From Eledone cirrhosa (Eukaryota): a stretch of 64,000 bases of DNA. Of this stretch, positions 12,776 through 26,951 are shown in pieces (positions within the stretch are counted from its first letter, which is position 1; each line of letters begins with the position of its first letter). A model generated the notes under the pieces. It saw only the letters and a list, made by a program, of their open reading frames with translations. It was not told where the DNA came from and ran no database searches. Where the stretch lies: NCBI GenBank assembly GCA_964016885.1, contig OZ024740.1:225246001-225310000 (forward strand), written 5' to 3'. The translations under genes were made by a program, and so were the position numbers.

Positions 12776-13153
12776 GCAACAAATGACATAAAAACAGTAT
12801 ATCTGATTTAATAGTATAATAATGATCTATTTATTCATTAACTTAGAAATCTAAAGAATCGTTACTTGGTTAAGCCTTCACATATATTTACTTTGTTATC
12901 TGTTATACATAAGCATATTATGTCTACTATATTTTAAAAACAGAAGTTATACAATGATGGAAATATGAATAAGAAAAGATGAAAACAAAATTAAATAATG
13001 AAAAAAAGGAGGAAGGGGTAAAGAAGGGCAGATCTGGCTGTGGAGGAAAGGACTATAAATGCCATAAATGAGAGGAAAAGGATGGAATGAGCAAGGACTA
13101 TTAGGCTATGGAAGAAAGAGAGGAAGAAGGAGAGGGGTTGACAGGGTCTATGC

Positions 13154-13295
13154 CTAGGGTGGGGTTGTGTTTTGGCTGCATCTTGTGGACAAAACTACAA
13201 AGGTATTTCCATGGACAATGGCCAGTGACACCCACTCCAACAACCACCCCACATCATGGGGCTCCTTCCTCAGATGGGCTGCTGACATTCCAATT
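13154..13295 (-). mobile_element. CRE-like RLE 3' fragment, same family as 3701-3905
   Basis: KEPHDVGWLLEWVSLAIVHGN, near-identical to the first copy. Confidence 0.7.
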
Positions 13296-15258
13296 TTCAT
13301 CTGCCGAAAAAATCGGCCAAAATAGAGTTCCATTTGATCAAGGTACAGCAGACATGCCTCATAATGTAGAAAACCTTCTAACCAATGCAAGCATGGAAAT
13401 AAAACATTAAACGATGATGATGATGATATGCAGTTAGTGATAAGAAGGGAATCCAGCTGTAGAAACCATGCCAAAACCAGAACACATGTAAGCAAGACAT
13501 GCTCCACTTCCAACCTGCCTGGAAGGTCAGTAGTTCCGATTAAGTATTGACGGCCTGTGGTGACCCTTCTGACCCATACCAGCATTAAAAAAATGGCCGT
13601 TAAAAGATGATGATGTTGATGATATATCAATAATATTTTATAGATATGTATGTGTATGAGAGTGTGTTCAACATGCATAAAAAACACAAGAATACACATA
13701 TATATTGTATCTATATCACGGATGTGAGTAAACGTTTTTTTTTATAGTATGTGGAGGATATTGAAATATTTGGAAACTAAAAATAAAAAAGAAATTCTGC
13801 TTTTTTTTATTATAATTCTTTCTTCCATATTATTTTCACTTTCTTCATAATTTTGAATGAGTATTTTTTTATATATATATATATATATATGCTTCTTGCT
13901 TCCACCTTAGGCTGTGACATCTGTGCATTGAAAAGGTTGGCGAAAATCTGTGCTAAATGAGACGTTGTATATTGACCAATGAGCAATGGAATGCGAAGGA
14001 TTATTAAACCAAATTATTGCCTTGAGGGAGGAATACTTCTTGTGCCTCTCTGCTGTTTCTGCAGCCTGGCAATCTCTCATGGAACTTTACAGTCCATTAA
14101 TTTTCGTTTTTATAATAATAATAATAATGATAATAATAATGGCAACAACAACAGTAATGATGATGATGATAATAATAACAATATGTATTTGTCTGAGATG
14201 ACAAAAATTACAAAGCGCAAAGAGGTAACGGAAAATGGTTGAAGCAAAAATTGCAACCAAAAAATATATATGTACATATATATATATACACATAATACAT
14301 AGTCATACACACACACAGATGTGCACACACAAGCACATGTACACACACACATACGTATGTATATATGTATGTTTATATGTATGTATCTTTCTATCAATCT
14401 ATGTATGTGTGTATGTGTATCTGTGTGTAGAGAAAAAGATAGTGAGTGAGAAAGACACACACACAGACAAATACGAATACATATATTACACACAAACATA
14501 CATTTAAAAAAGAAGTATGGGTCTGTGTCTTCAATCCATTCCACAATGGTGAAGCTTAAGTAAAAATGATTATAAATGACATATATGTGTATATGCATAT
14601 ATATGTATATATATATATATCTATATATATATATCTATATCTATATATATAGACTTACATTCATACACACAAACACACACACACACACACACACACATAT
14701 ATGTATATATATATATAATATATATATGTGTGTGTGTATGTGTGTGCAGATATTAAAAGTGGATGATGATGTACAGCTGGTTATATGTGTGTGTGTGTGT
14801 ATATGTGTATGACAGACAAAAAGAATAAGAAGGAAATAAAAAAGAGATGGTGGGATTCTACTTATCTTATCATCTCACAACAGACCTAAAATGGTTCAGT
14901 GAAGACTATGCTATTGCCATACAAAAAATCTCACACCCTAACATAACTGGAGGGAATTTGTCATCGATAATGACTGCAAGGGCATTCATTTTCAAGTTCA
15001 AATCGTGCAAGAGGAGCATTCAAATAGCAAAATGTGTCTTTGCATGACATTCCCACTGTAAAATCTTAATTCTCTATGATTGCATCTAAAGATTATGTCC
15101 TGTAGCCAAAAGCATTTCATTAAACTTTGCTGAATTTTCCAATACTTACTTTTAAACTCAGGTAGTAAATCCTGTACACAGAACTGACAAATATGCTTTC
15201 AATCTCAATTTCGCTTAACACAATATATTTACTTTCATTATTGAAACACTAAACATAA

Positions 15259-15440
15259 AGGGCGGTGGATTGGCAGTATCAGTAGATGCTTTGAAGCATA
15301 GAGTTACGTCCCTTTATGATCTGAGTTCAAATCCTGCCGAGGTTAACTTTGCCTTTCATCCTTACGGGGTCGATAAAATAAAGTACCAGTAATGCACAGG
15401 GTAATTGCTGGCCTTGTGCCAAAAAGTAGAAACAATTATT
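15259..15440 (+). mobile_element. SINE family A
   Basis: Family consensus with TSD TTATTGAAACA(C/G)TAAACA. Confidence 0.9.
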
Positions 15441-15739
15441 GAAACAGTAAACAAAATCTACACAAAACACTGCAAGGGAGCCATTATTTTCTTGGCCAAC
15501 CCACTAGAAACAGCAGTTAAGTCGCCTTTAAATCGTATACCACAGTCTTGAATAAGATAAGTTTGCTATATTAGAGCGGACCTGCATCTGAAAGACATTA
15601 ACTGTCAACCTATAACTTTCCCATTCTGCATCTTTCAAGTGAAGGATAGAATCATTAACAATCCTCAAGTGCACAATGTTTTTAATCTGTTTTTTTTTCT
15701 TCAAACTCTTGATGTGAGCTGTGTTCTTTTATTTTTTTT

Positions 15740-15862
15740 ACTAGAGACAAGGGAAGTGTTCCTGATCTGTTTTTACTGGAGAGAAGAGCGGTGTATATGA
15801 TCGGTGTTTACTTGAGATAAAGGCTGTGTACATCATCTGTGTTTACTGGAGAGAAGGGGAGT
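15740..15862. repeat. Degenerate minisatellite, unit about 35 bp, about 3.5 copies
   Basis: Recurring unit TTTACTGGAGAGAAG...GATCTGTG. Confidence 0.6.
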
Positions 15863-17224
15863 TTTCATTACATATTAGAAGGGGTTATGCAATATCCATG
15901 GCTCTTTTTTAGAGCTTCTAAGTCTGTTTTAATGGATGATGATATTCTTAAGTGGAGACCTGGTTCAAATGCTTGGAGTTGAGTGGACTCTGCTAAAACA
16001 TACTTGGGCCATTATTGCAATGTTAATCTGGGCAATGGATTACGGTTACTACTAACGTAAACCATAGCAAATTTAACAGCCCATTATCCCAGTGTTGGCT
16101 TCATGGTAGGCTTCGTAATCATTATGGGTCCTCTGGCGAGGAAATGTTTTGCAGCCAAATGCTCTTCCTAGCACCAAACCTTTTAATTTCTCTTTACAAA
16201 CATAGAGTAACGTTCGATTGGTCATTTTATTTTTATTAAAAGAAAAATATATATTTTTGTGAATCTACAAAGTAGGTGTTCCAAATTTAAGTTCAGCTTA
16301 ATATGTCCCTACAGTGAGTTAATTGTTGTGTATGTAATTAACTACATTACAACTCTTTCCCAATTGAAAGTATTTCTAGCATCTACTTCATTAAAACCAA
16401 CCAGTATGGGAGCAATAAATATAAATTACGGGGTCGATAAAATAAAGTACCAGTAATGCACTGGGTAATTGCTGGCCTTGTGCCAAAAGTAGAAACATTA
16501 TTATTATTGTTATTATTTTATTTGTCCTTTGGTCTGGCATGACATATGTGAATATCACTCTGTAAGTTTTGTTAATTTTCAAGTGCACTCATTGTTATAT
16601 TTGTGTTACAAACTGTTAATAAGCCACTACACATTGTCCAGTATTAAGCCTTGGGCCCAGATATTCGAATTCTGTTTTAAAAATTTTTTTTTTTAATCAT
16701 GGACGTGCTCAACTTTCAGCCAGCTGTCACATGACAGTGGCTTTACCATTGAGATGAATAACACCACCCATCCACAATAATTATGAACACCAACACCAGC
16801 TCCAACAACAGCAACAAAATCAATAACACTAATAAAAGTGAAAACACTAATGAGAACAAAAATGACAACACCAACATCAACAGCAGCAACAACAGCAGCA
16901 ACAATGCCAACAACAACATGAACAATGACAATACTAACAGCAACACTGAAAAGCAACAAAACAGTAGCACCTCAAAAACGACAACAACAACAACAGCAAC
17001 AACAACGTAAACAGGAGTGCCTTTAAAACCATCAGAGTGCTGTCCAAACAAGCTCTCCTCCTTCCTCTGTCACACACACACAGACCAACACTCACACACC
17101 CATTTCCCTCTGATATAGAGTCCCCAGACACCAATTCTGCCTCATCCACAAGTGAAGATGAGGGGTGACACCAAAAACCAAAAAAGCCAATTCATCTCTG
17201 CCCATACCAACAATCACACAAGAC

Positions 17225-18330
17225 TCACCCACATCATTAGTCTCGGTTATTGGTTGTGGTTTGTGTTCATACCATTTTTCTACATGTTGTGTATTATATT
17301 TTTTTCCTATTATCCAGTGGATATATTGTCCCACCCTATCATGTCTAATCTTATATTCTGTTGGTGCTAGTGTGGGACATTCTGATATTATATGATCGTT
17401 TCAAGCTGTGCATCACATATCCTCCATTTGGTGTCTGCTCCATTACTGAGAATATTTGCCTGATAATTCCTAATAATGAAGCTCTGGTCATGGGAAGCAA
17501 AAATAAAGCCTTCTGTTTCAGCTTTTACTCCCGAACTTTTTAGCCACTGATGGGTTTGTGCTTGATCTACATCAGTAGCTTGAGTGCGAAGGGGAAATTG
17601 GCCATGCAGAGGTTTTTGTCGCCCTCTATTTCTAAATGTTTTTAGACCTTCTAGCATTGACTTGCTTCTGTGGACTTGTTGCTGCCTTAATTGGAATTAG
17701 ATCAGCTTCATTATTTAGGCGTGTGTCTTCAGTTTTTAGTTCTTTCCTGTACTTTTCTGCCTTTTTGAGTACTGAATGGAGTTTCTTTTGGTTTTTGTGA
17801 TCCTTACTAACACTATTATCCACACTTATGTACTCTCTAGATATGTTTGTAAGCCTGTTGTAACTATTTTGTATGGCATTTTTAGTTGGATTAGTCCTCG
17901 TCCCCCTTTTTGTCTTGACAAATATAGGCGATTTACGTCTGCCTTGGGGTGATGCATTTTGTTGGTTGTAAGGAGTTTTCAAGTTTTGGAGTCCATTTTT
18001 TGAAAACCAGATAAGTTCCAATGATGATGTTATTACTGTATTGTGCTACTGGTACAGCTAAGGTGTTTATGGCCTCAAAACAGAATTTAGTTCAGTTTTC
18101 AGGATCCGGCTTACTCTTTTGTAATATTCTTTCTGTATTTCCTTCTTTATTTGATTATGTTTAATTCCATCACCTTTATTCGCCAAGATATTTATAGGTA
18201 CCTTCTGGGATGGAACTTCTGTATGTATATTGAATTTAACAGATGATGTTTTTGTTAGCTTTCCTCTTTTAAAAGTTGCTTTAACACATTTGTCAAGGCC
18301 AAATTCCATGCCAATGTTATTGCTGCACAC
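17225..18330 (-). mobile_element. R4/Dong-like (RLE) non-LTR retrotransposon fragment: RT C-terminus and CCHC region
   Basis: IGMEFGLDKC, ILKTELN, KPLHGQF, WLKSSGVKAETEGFIFASHDQ, RHDRVGQYIHW. Confidence 0.85.
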
Positions 18331-18364
18331 TTGTCAAGGCCATATTACATGTCAATGTTATTGC

Positions 18365-18790
18365 TTCGGCAGTAAAGGTAGATAATCAGACACCATGCTT
18401 TGCAACATAGAGTTATGGCTCTTTATGTTCTAAGTTGAAATCCCACCGAGATTAACTTTGCTTTTCATCCTTATGGGGTCGATAAAATAAAGCACCAGTA
18501 GAGCACTGGGTATTTGTTGGCCTTGTGCCAAAAGTAGAAATATTATTATTATTATTATTACTATTATGGTAGTGGATTGGCAGTATCAGTAGAGCATTGG
18601 ACACCATGCTTCGCAGCAGAGATTTATAGTCTTTTACGTTCTGAGTTCAAATCCCACTGAGGATAGCTTTGCCTTTCATTCTTTGGTGACTATAAGATAA
18701 AACACCAGTAAGTACTGGGATTGATTTAATTGACTTTCCCCTCCCCTTCAAATTTCTGGTCTTGTGCCTAGAGTAAAAATCATTATTTAT
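18365..18790 (+). mobile_element. Two tandem SINE A-related copies separated by (TAT)n
   Basis: Family consensus match by eye. Confidence 0.8.
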
Positions 18791-21700
18791 CAATATTATT
18801 ATTATCCTTTTTTTTCAGAAACTATATATGCCAACTTTCAACAAGAGATAATCTCTTTAATAATCATGTAAAAAAATAACTGCATCCAATTTCGCTATAG
18901 AAATCAATATAAACTACAGAAACATTAAAACTAAAACAAATCTAAAAAGACTGCTAATGATTTTTTTTTTCCTAGAAATTCTTATAAATGCTGACTTGAA
19001 TTTTTCAATGCCTTTTTTTTTTTTTTAGGAATTTATTTTTAATTTCCTCCTCTCTCCATACATTTTGAAAACATAGACGAGAGGTTATGTTTAAAGACTC
19101 TGAGCTAATGAATAAAAATTCTTTAGATAATTCTTTTTCATCAGTTTTAATTCATATGTTTTTAATAATGTTTTATTTTTTTCTTAATGTGCTACATGTA
19201 ATCACAAAAGTTGAAGAATTTTACTCTGTAGCTTTTAGAGTTTGGTAATATCATATCACTGAAATATTATAATCATGAAAGTTTATAAAAAGAACCAAAA
19301 GATCAATATTTAAGATATATCAAGCAAAGTTTATACTTGGAATCAATTATATGAATTATTTTAATTGCAAGTATCAATTAATAAGAAATAAGCACATTTA
19401 AAGGGATGAAAGGAATAGGAGATGGTCTTAACACTTTAAATAAGTTAGAGATTTTCTTGAATCTTGAGGCTCATCCACTCAAGACTGATCCTGTTTCGAT
19501 GTAGCATTGGGCAACTATTAGTTGAGTATGATGCATATCTATTGCAAGATTAAAACCCCATCTGCTGTTCATTATGATGGTGTATATTTTCATCTGATAC
19601 AATGTGAAAGGAATTACTTAGCCTAAAGAGCCAACATGCCATTTTGTCTGAGAATCAGATGACCACACACATTATAGGATGAACTTTATAATCATCAGCC
19701 CTAACATTACAAACATGATTCCAAAAGGTTGAAAAACAATGTTGACATCAGCAGGTTTTAAACTCAGAATGCAGAGTCTCAGCACAAATACTGCAAGGCA
19801 TTTTGTCCAACATACTAACAATTCTGCCAATATGCCATCACAATATTCCATAAAACTATATATTCACTGCTTCCATTACTGCAATTCTTTATTTATAGAT
19901 ATCACAAATTAATATTATATGAATATAATGGTTTCTGATTTAAGCATAAGGTAAAATTTGGCAGGGAGGGAAAGTTGATTACATTGATCACAATATGTTA
20001 CCAGCACTTTATTTTATTGACCCCATAAAAATGAAAGACAAAGTTAAGCTCAGCAGGATTTGAACTCATATATCTGAATATAATAAAAAAAATAATCTCC
20101 TTCAATAGCAGAAAGTCACCAACACTATTCAGGAAAAAATTCAGTTCTTGCATTACATTCTATAACTCATAAGTAATGAGAATTTGAAAGAAATAGCAGC
20201 CATATATAACCATCAGAACATACCCTACTGTTTAAACATAAAATAAAGAACATAATGGAAAAACTATAGTCCAAGAGATGCTTTGTCTGAAAAAGAATAT
20301 ACAAAATTAACAATGAGCAGGGCTTAAATACAATCGGTCATAAGTTATTATAGTGTTGACTTAGAGCTAAACATCAACAACAAAAGCAGCAGCACATGTA
20401 CTAGAACAATACCTTCCCACTCCACTAAAAAAACTATAGATGTTACAAGGAGTAAATTAATAAATAGAATAAATAATTATTTCTTATTTAGGCTGAAGGC
20501 CACCTGTTTTAGTGGTGTATGTGGTGGTGGGGAGTTGATTAATTGATCCCTGTACTTGGCAGCTACTTTATTTTATAGATTTTGGATGGATGAAAAGTAA
20601 AGTTGACCACAGATTTGAATTTGGGATGTAATGAGCTTGAACAGAAACCACAATCAGCTACCCTGTAAAAATAAAATCTGGAGAGGAGATGGACTTCATC
20701 ATTTCTGACAATGAATGTTATAGTTGTTTGATCAATGGAACAAACTGCTCATGTAATTAACGCATAAGAGGCTGAGCATACCACAGACACTCTTAACATA
20801 ACTCTCAGGGAGAGTCAATGTGACGTAGTATGTGATAAGGTTGACTGGCCCTTTGAATTACAATTATAGTTTATCCAAAAGATCTTCTAATCAGTTTCCA
20901 TCTACTCAGTTTCACTCACAATATATTGTTAGACCCAATAATATGGTATTAACATTTGCCAAAATGCTACACATTTGGAATAAACCTGAGCCCTAAAGAT
21001 AATGAGGCAAACCTCTTAACCATTCAGCCAAGTAGCTATTACAGGTCTATGTTTAGCACTTGCCTGACACCGTTCTCTTCTTTGTTTGTAAACCATTAGC
21101 TTATAAACTGATGAGGATTCCTCTGACCTGTCCATTGCCAACTCTGCTTTAATCTTTTGTTTATGCTCCAAAAACTTTTCCTTTTCTACAGTATTGTCTT
21201 CCTTGCTATCACCCCAAACCACGTTTGCCCATACACACATGATGCAACTTTTCATATCCCCCTAGCATCCCAGACATTATCTACATTCAACCTTGGCAGC
21301 ACACATCAAAACATGTTTTCTTATAAACAGGGACACCAAGAGCTGAGTTTCTATGAAGGGCATTATCACTGAACACTCCTCCTGTATTTTTTTCACTTTT
21401 TTTTTTCTATTTATTTTCGATAGAGATGACACATTCAGATATGGATTTTCACAATAATATACATATGATTGTTTCAAAATGTATTTCTCATTAATGGATC
21501 TGTAGATTTAATATTTGAATTTAAAAGTTTTAAGAAGAATTAGACTACTTTCCCTTTCACTATATGTCTTGTACAATTTAACATGTGAAATAAAGGGTGA
21601 TGCTCAAGGGCATATCATACTGCCCAGTCCAGGAATCAAACTCACAATATTACCAATGTGATTCGTCACCTTAACCCTTAAGTCATATGCATATGTGTGT

Positions 21701-21829
21701 ATTTGTATGTTAATATTCTTCTTTGCATTTTGCAATATCTAAGAAAACATTATGATAAGGAATAACTTGATGCTTTGCTTGCTATTTCAAGCAAATCTGG
21801 AGTATACATAGATATTGCTTCATTACTGA

Positions 21830-22030
21830 TAATTGTTTCTAATTCAAGCACAAGGCCAGCAATTTGAAGGGAAGGGGAAAATCGATCAAATTGACCTGGT
21901 ACTTACTGGTGCTTTATTTTATCGACCCCGTAAGGATGAAAGGTTAAGCTAACCTCGGTGGGATTTGAACCAGAACGTAAAGGGCCATAACTCCCTGTCG
22001 CGAAGCAGTGTCCAACACTCTACCAATACT
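21830..22030 (-). mobile_element. SINE family A (long-tail variant)
   Basis: Reverse complement of the consensus (TTATCGACCCCGTAAGGATGAAAGG). Confidence 0.8.
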
Positions 22031-22962
22031 AATGTCAGTTGGTGAACAGAATTAGTAAACAATGGACAAAATGACTTGTAGCATTTAGGTATGTCTCTTT
22101 ACATTATGTGTTTAAATCCCACTGGTGTTAATTTTGCCTTCATTCTAGTTTTAATAAAAATAAAATTCCAGTCAATTGTTGGTTGCCCATAGGTGCGAGC
22201 CCCATAAGGTGAAGTAGCTGTTCCAGCAAGTCTCCCTCCCTGTCCTCCAGAGCAATGCATTCTCCATCCTGTTGGCTGGGACCCAGAGGTGGAGGGCAAG
22301 TTAGAGATGGAGGATACTCATTCACGCGTCACACATTTACATATACTTCATATGAAAATTGATAGCTCTTTCGTGATTTCATTAAATCAATTATACTTGC
22401 CCACCAAAGATTTTGCATATGTTAGATATCATTATTACTACAAATATCTTCAGAATTCACTCTTCCAATCGATTCTATTTTTAATATTACATCCTAAAAT
22501 ATCAATACTAAGAGGTTTATAATTTTTTTTTTTACTTCATTTTTATGCTCATTTGTATCTTTGCATGGGAATGTATAATTAACCCTCAAAGCAATTAAAA
22601 TTAATGAAGAAAATTTATAAAAATTCTAAAATAGAAAGTAGAATCAAAATTAAGCTGTTTTCATGCAAACAATTGAGAATGATTAATTTAAATTGTGTAA
22701 AAAGATGAATAGCATTATTTTGAATTAACTTCCTGTCTGATAGGTGATTTTCTTGAAATAAATACTTTATTCCTTATAGAATATTAACAGAATTGTTCAT
22801 GTTTTCAAAGAAACATCAAGCCCATTATAAAACAAATAGCTTCAAGACCAATAGGATTAGTAAATAGTTATGACATTGTTAATTTACGGCTTATTTACCA
22901 GAAATGAAATATGATTTTAAAAAAAAGATTACAAAAGTATTCTTCAATGATGTAAAATATTT

Positions 22963-23110
22963 GCAGGTATGGCTGTTTGATTAAGAAGCTCATTTTACAA
23001 TCGTGTGGTTTTGTCTCCATCTAACTGTATAGAATCTTAAGCAAATTGTTTTCTACTATAGATTAGAAAGTGAATTTGGTAGACAGAAACTCAACCAAAA
23101 CCTGCTCTCT
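22963..23110 (+). mobile_element. Degraded second SINE family (Octopus-SINE-like)
   Basis: GCAGGTATGGCTGT..TAAGAAGCT...GAATTTGGTAGACAGAAACT followed by (TG)n; family recognised from memory only. Confidence 0.55.
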
Positions 23111-23744
23111 GTGTGTGTATGTGTCTGTGTGTGTACATATGTGTGTGTACATATATGTGTGTACATATGTGTGTGTACATGTATATATGCATGAATGTAG
23201 GCCTGTGTATGTGTATGTCAGTTTACCACTTATGTTTTCATATTAACAGTATTTAAATGAATCAGTGACATTTGATTATGACCCATGTAAACAATACATC
23301 TCACAGTGTAGTGGTTTGATGAAGATGAGTGATACACACATACACATTAACCCACACATCATCATCATCATTTTACGTCCGCTTTTCCCTGCTTATAAAG
23401 GTGTGTGTGTGTGTGTGTGTGTTCATAGATGAAACAAAAGCTCTACCTAAGGTTTCATATCTCCAGGTTGTGACCTAATCTTCAGGTTCTTAGACATTAT
23501 GAATAAATACATAATATAATATATCAGCTCTCATCCCTGATTGAGCACTGTTTTCTTTTCTCCCTTTTCACACCTATGGATATTTGCTACACACGCACAC
23601 ACACACACACATGAAAGGATTAAAAGGGAAATCTGACATTGGTTGGATTTGAACTCAGGAAAAAAATGAGCTGTAACTATAAACTACAAGGTATTTTGTC
23701 TGGAATTCTAATGATTATGCCAACCCACTGCTCTTGCCTAATAA

Positions 23745-23932
23745 ATAATTGTTTCTATTTTAGGCACAAGGCCAGCAATTACCCAGTACATTACTGGTAC
23801 TTTATTTTATCGACCCCGTAAGGATGAAAGGCAAAGTTAACCTCGGCAGGATTTGAACTCAGATCGTAAAGGGACGTAACTATGCTGAAAAGCATGTCCG
23901 ACCCTCTACCAATACTGCCATTTCACCGCCCT
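23745..23932 (-). mobile_element. SINE family A
   Basis: Consensus with TSD CTTGCCTAA(T/C)AAATAAT. Confidence 0.9.
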
Positions 23933-24557
23933 TGCCTAACAAATAATGACAACCAGCATTTTAAAGGGGACACATTCCCTACAGGAGAAAAACATTCAGA
24001 GGTTTGAAAAAAATCGAACATAAATTTGTGACTGTTTACAGAAGACTTTAATAAATCCTTTAAACATTGATTTTTTGACAGTTTGCAATAGAAAAATATT
24101 CATATACATAACTATATATTTATCTATATCATCACCATCATCATTTAACATCAGCTTTCCCTGCTAGCAAGGGTTGGACGGGTCTACATAGACCAAGACT
24201 AGTATATGACACACACACAAACATATATATATATCATCATCTTAGTCGTTTTACATCCATTCTTCCACGCTAGCATGGGTTAGACGGGTTTTCTTGTTGT
24301 GGGCAATGCCAGGTCGGATGACCTTGTCTTGCTCATACGGGAACTGATTTTGGCTTGATTTCTACAGCTGGATGCCCTTCCTAACACCAACCTCATTTAC
24401 AGTGAGTGCAGGGTTCTTTTTTTTACCGTGGTGCCTACATGGCCACTTTGCAGTGGGAGGGCATATTGCCTATATATATATATATATTGAAAAATGTAAA
24501 TATCCCTTTTCCACCAACATATTTTAAGAATAACTTTTGAAAATATAAAATTTAACA

Positions 24558-24750
24558 ATAATTGTTTCTACTTTTGGTACAAGGCCAGCAATTATCCCAG
24601 TGTATTACTGGTACTTTATTTTATCGACCCCGTAAGGATGAAAAGCAAAGTTAACCTCAGCGGGATTTGAACTCAGACCATAAAAGGCCATAACTCTTTG
24701 CTGCAAAGCATGGCATCCGACCCTCTACTGATACTACCAATCCACTGCCA
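24558..24750 (-). mobile_element. SINE family A
   Basis: Consensus with TSD similar to TAAAAT(T/G)TAACAATAAT. Confidence 0.88.
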
Positions 24751-26390
24751 TGTAAAATGTAACAATAATAAAATTGAAATGGTTAAGAAAATATATTATT
24801 CAGTGACATAACTAGAGTTTGTGCCAGCTGGGGTGATCTTTGTATATTTTCCCAACACCAGAATCAAAGTCATACAGCAGTATACATCAAGTGTTGCCTC
24901 ACAAATGTGTCATTCAAAGCAGATCATCCTCCCTACCTCTTCCTCTATAATTACTGTACCGTAATTAATATAAAAATAAGAATGTAAAATAATAGTTACT
25001 TTCCCTATGCACAGAATGATGTGCTCAAGAGACAACTCATAACAGGAGAAGTAATACACAGAATGGATAGAAATTAATGTTTCAAAGTATTGTATATTTA
25101 TTCGAATATAATCCAATGCAAATATAAGTTGACCTCAGAATTTGGAGTTGAGGAAAATTGTCAAAATATTGACTCTGATTATAAGTCGACCCCCTTCTAC
25201 CGCCGATATTAGAATGAACATTTGCATTAGTAACTGTAGCAGCAAAATCCTAACTGCTATTACTAATACTGCTACTGCTACTTCCTCTTCATCTTAGAAC
25301 TGATCATTAAATAAAAAAAAATTGTATAAGTGTTTGTTTCTTTTAAAGATCAGATATATTTGTGTAAGATAGTATTTTCTCATCTTTCAGATTTTTAAAA
25401 TTATGCATATTTTAAAAATACTGTTCAAATAAATCTTTAATAAACCTGATATAAGACATTGTTGATATCAAAAGATAAATTAGCACAACATATTAGATTT
25501 TTCAAAACACATTAACCATAAAGTGAACATGTTGTGATATTGCAATTATAAATAGAAATAATTATACTGTTTGTGTGGGAAAAGTACCTAGTCTGGAATT
25601 TAGTGATACGATCTACAAAATTTAATGGTATAAGAGTATGTAGAAAACAAAATTTTCATTGTAGAATTTATGGGATACTGGTTAAAGCAAATATATTCCA
25701 TTTAATAAATGAGTACATACATTTAACACATTAAATACCAACCTGGCCAAAACAGGCTCTGGTTCTATGAAATAAAGCCACTCATTTTAGAAGTTTACAA
25801 TTTAAATTAAGAATTTTCAACATAATCTTATATAAGAATATTACATTAAGTTACTATCTGAGTAATGAAATAATTAATAATTTTAGTAAATCTCTCAAAA
25901 TTCTTCCATAATTAAAATAGAGTGTATTTCATTAGAAATGCAGTCATGAAAGTGTTAATCTAAAGATTGGATATACGAGCACAGAGATTCTTGCATGACT
26001 GTGAAGGTTTGATTTAAAATTATAAAGTATAATATTCAATTCTGTAGCACCATGGGCAAGTATTTGTTTCTATAAGGGGGTGGGGTGTGTGTGTGTGTGG
26101 GGGGGGGGGGGGTTAGAATAAAACTATGCAGAGAGACCAATAGACAGAATGTGTTTGATAATTTTGAAAAGATTAAAACTCTAGAGATAGACAATGGCAA
26201 AGAACATCAGTAATGTGCTAATACATTTTGTGAATAATCCACAAGGCCAACAGAAATGAATTGATGATCTTTTCTTTTACAAAATTGTAGACATTGACAC
26301 ACATAGTTGCATATATACATACATATATACCCACCCCCACATATATTGTCTTCATTTTAATTCAGACAGTTATAATGATATATATATATT

Positions 26391-26423
<33 letters not shown>

Positions 26424-26429
26424 ATATAT

Positions 26430-26721
26430 TCAGGTTTGAGGTTCACCACTGTATAGAGCTGGTCTATTCCGTATGGTCAATCGTAATGTAATAATATAGA
26501 GAGTACTCAATGTAAAGCAGTTCAACCGTCTTTGTTTTTGTAGTTGGTTGTGCTATTACGGAGTTAAATATTATAATGAAATGATAGGAGGCTGGATTTG
26601 TGTAAATCCTTGAAAGGTTTATTATACTATGATCATTTCGGAACCCGGTCATTGAAATGATCATAGTATAATAAACCTTTCAAGGATTTACACAAATCCA
26701 GCCTCCTGTCATTTCATTATA
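26430..26721. mobile_element. (TA)n-flanked fold-back element with a half hammerhead at the pivot
   Basis: 68-bp arms 26572-26639 and 26654-26721 (1 mismatch); each arm starts GAAA-TGATCA-TA. Confidence 0.85.
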
Positions 26722-26851
26722 TATATATATATGTATATATGTGTGTGTGTGTGTGTGTCAGGCTCCAAATCTTTCTAATATAATCACACTCTATAAGCCC
26801 ACGTATCGAGTACCCTGTTGAATAGTGGTCTAATTTAATACTGGTTTAATC

Positions 26852-26951
<100 letters not shown>

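Noticed and set aside
16693-17051. Asn/Thr-rich and Leu/Val-rich ORFs
   Set aside because: Degenerate (AAC)n microsatellite with no splice or domain evidence.
17225-18330. Dong/R4 element as the mobiliser of SINE A
   Set aside because: The 3' tail of this LINE is absent so shared tails cannot be compared, and the SINE tail is (ATT)n rather than (TAA)n on the sense strand.
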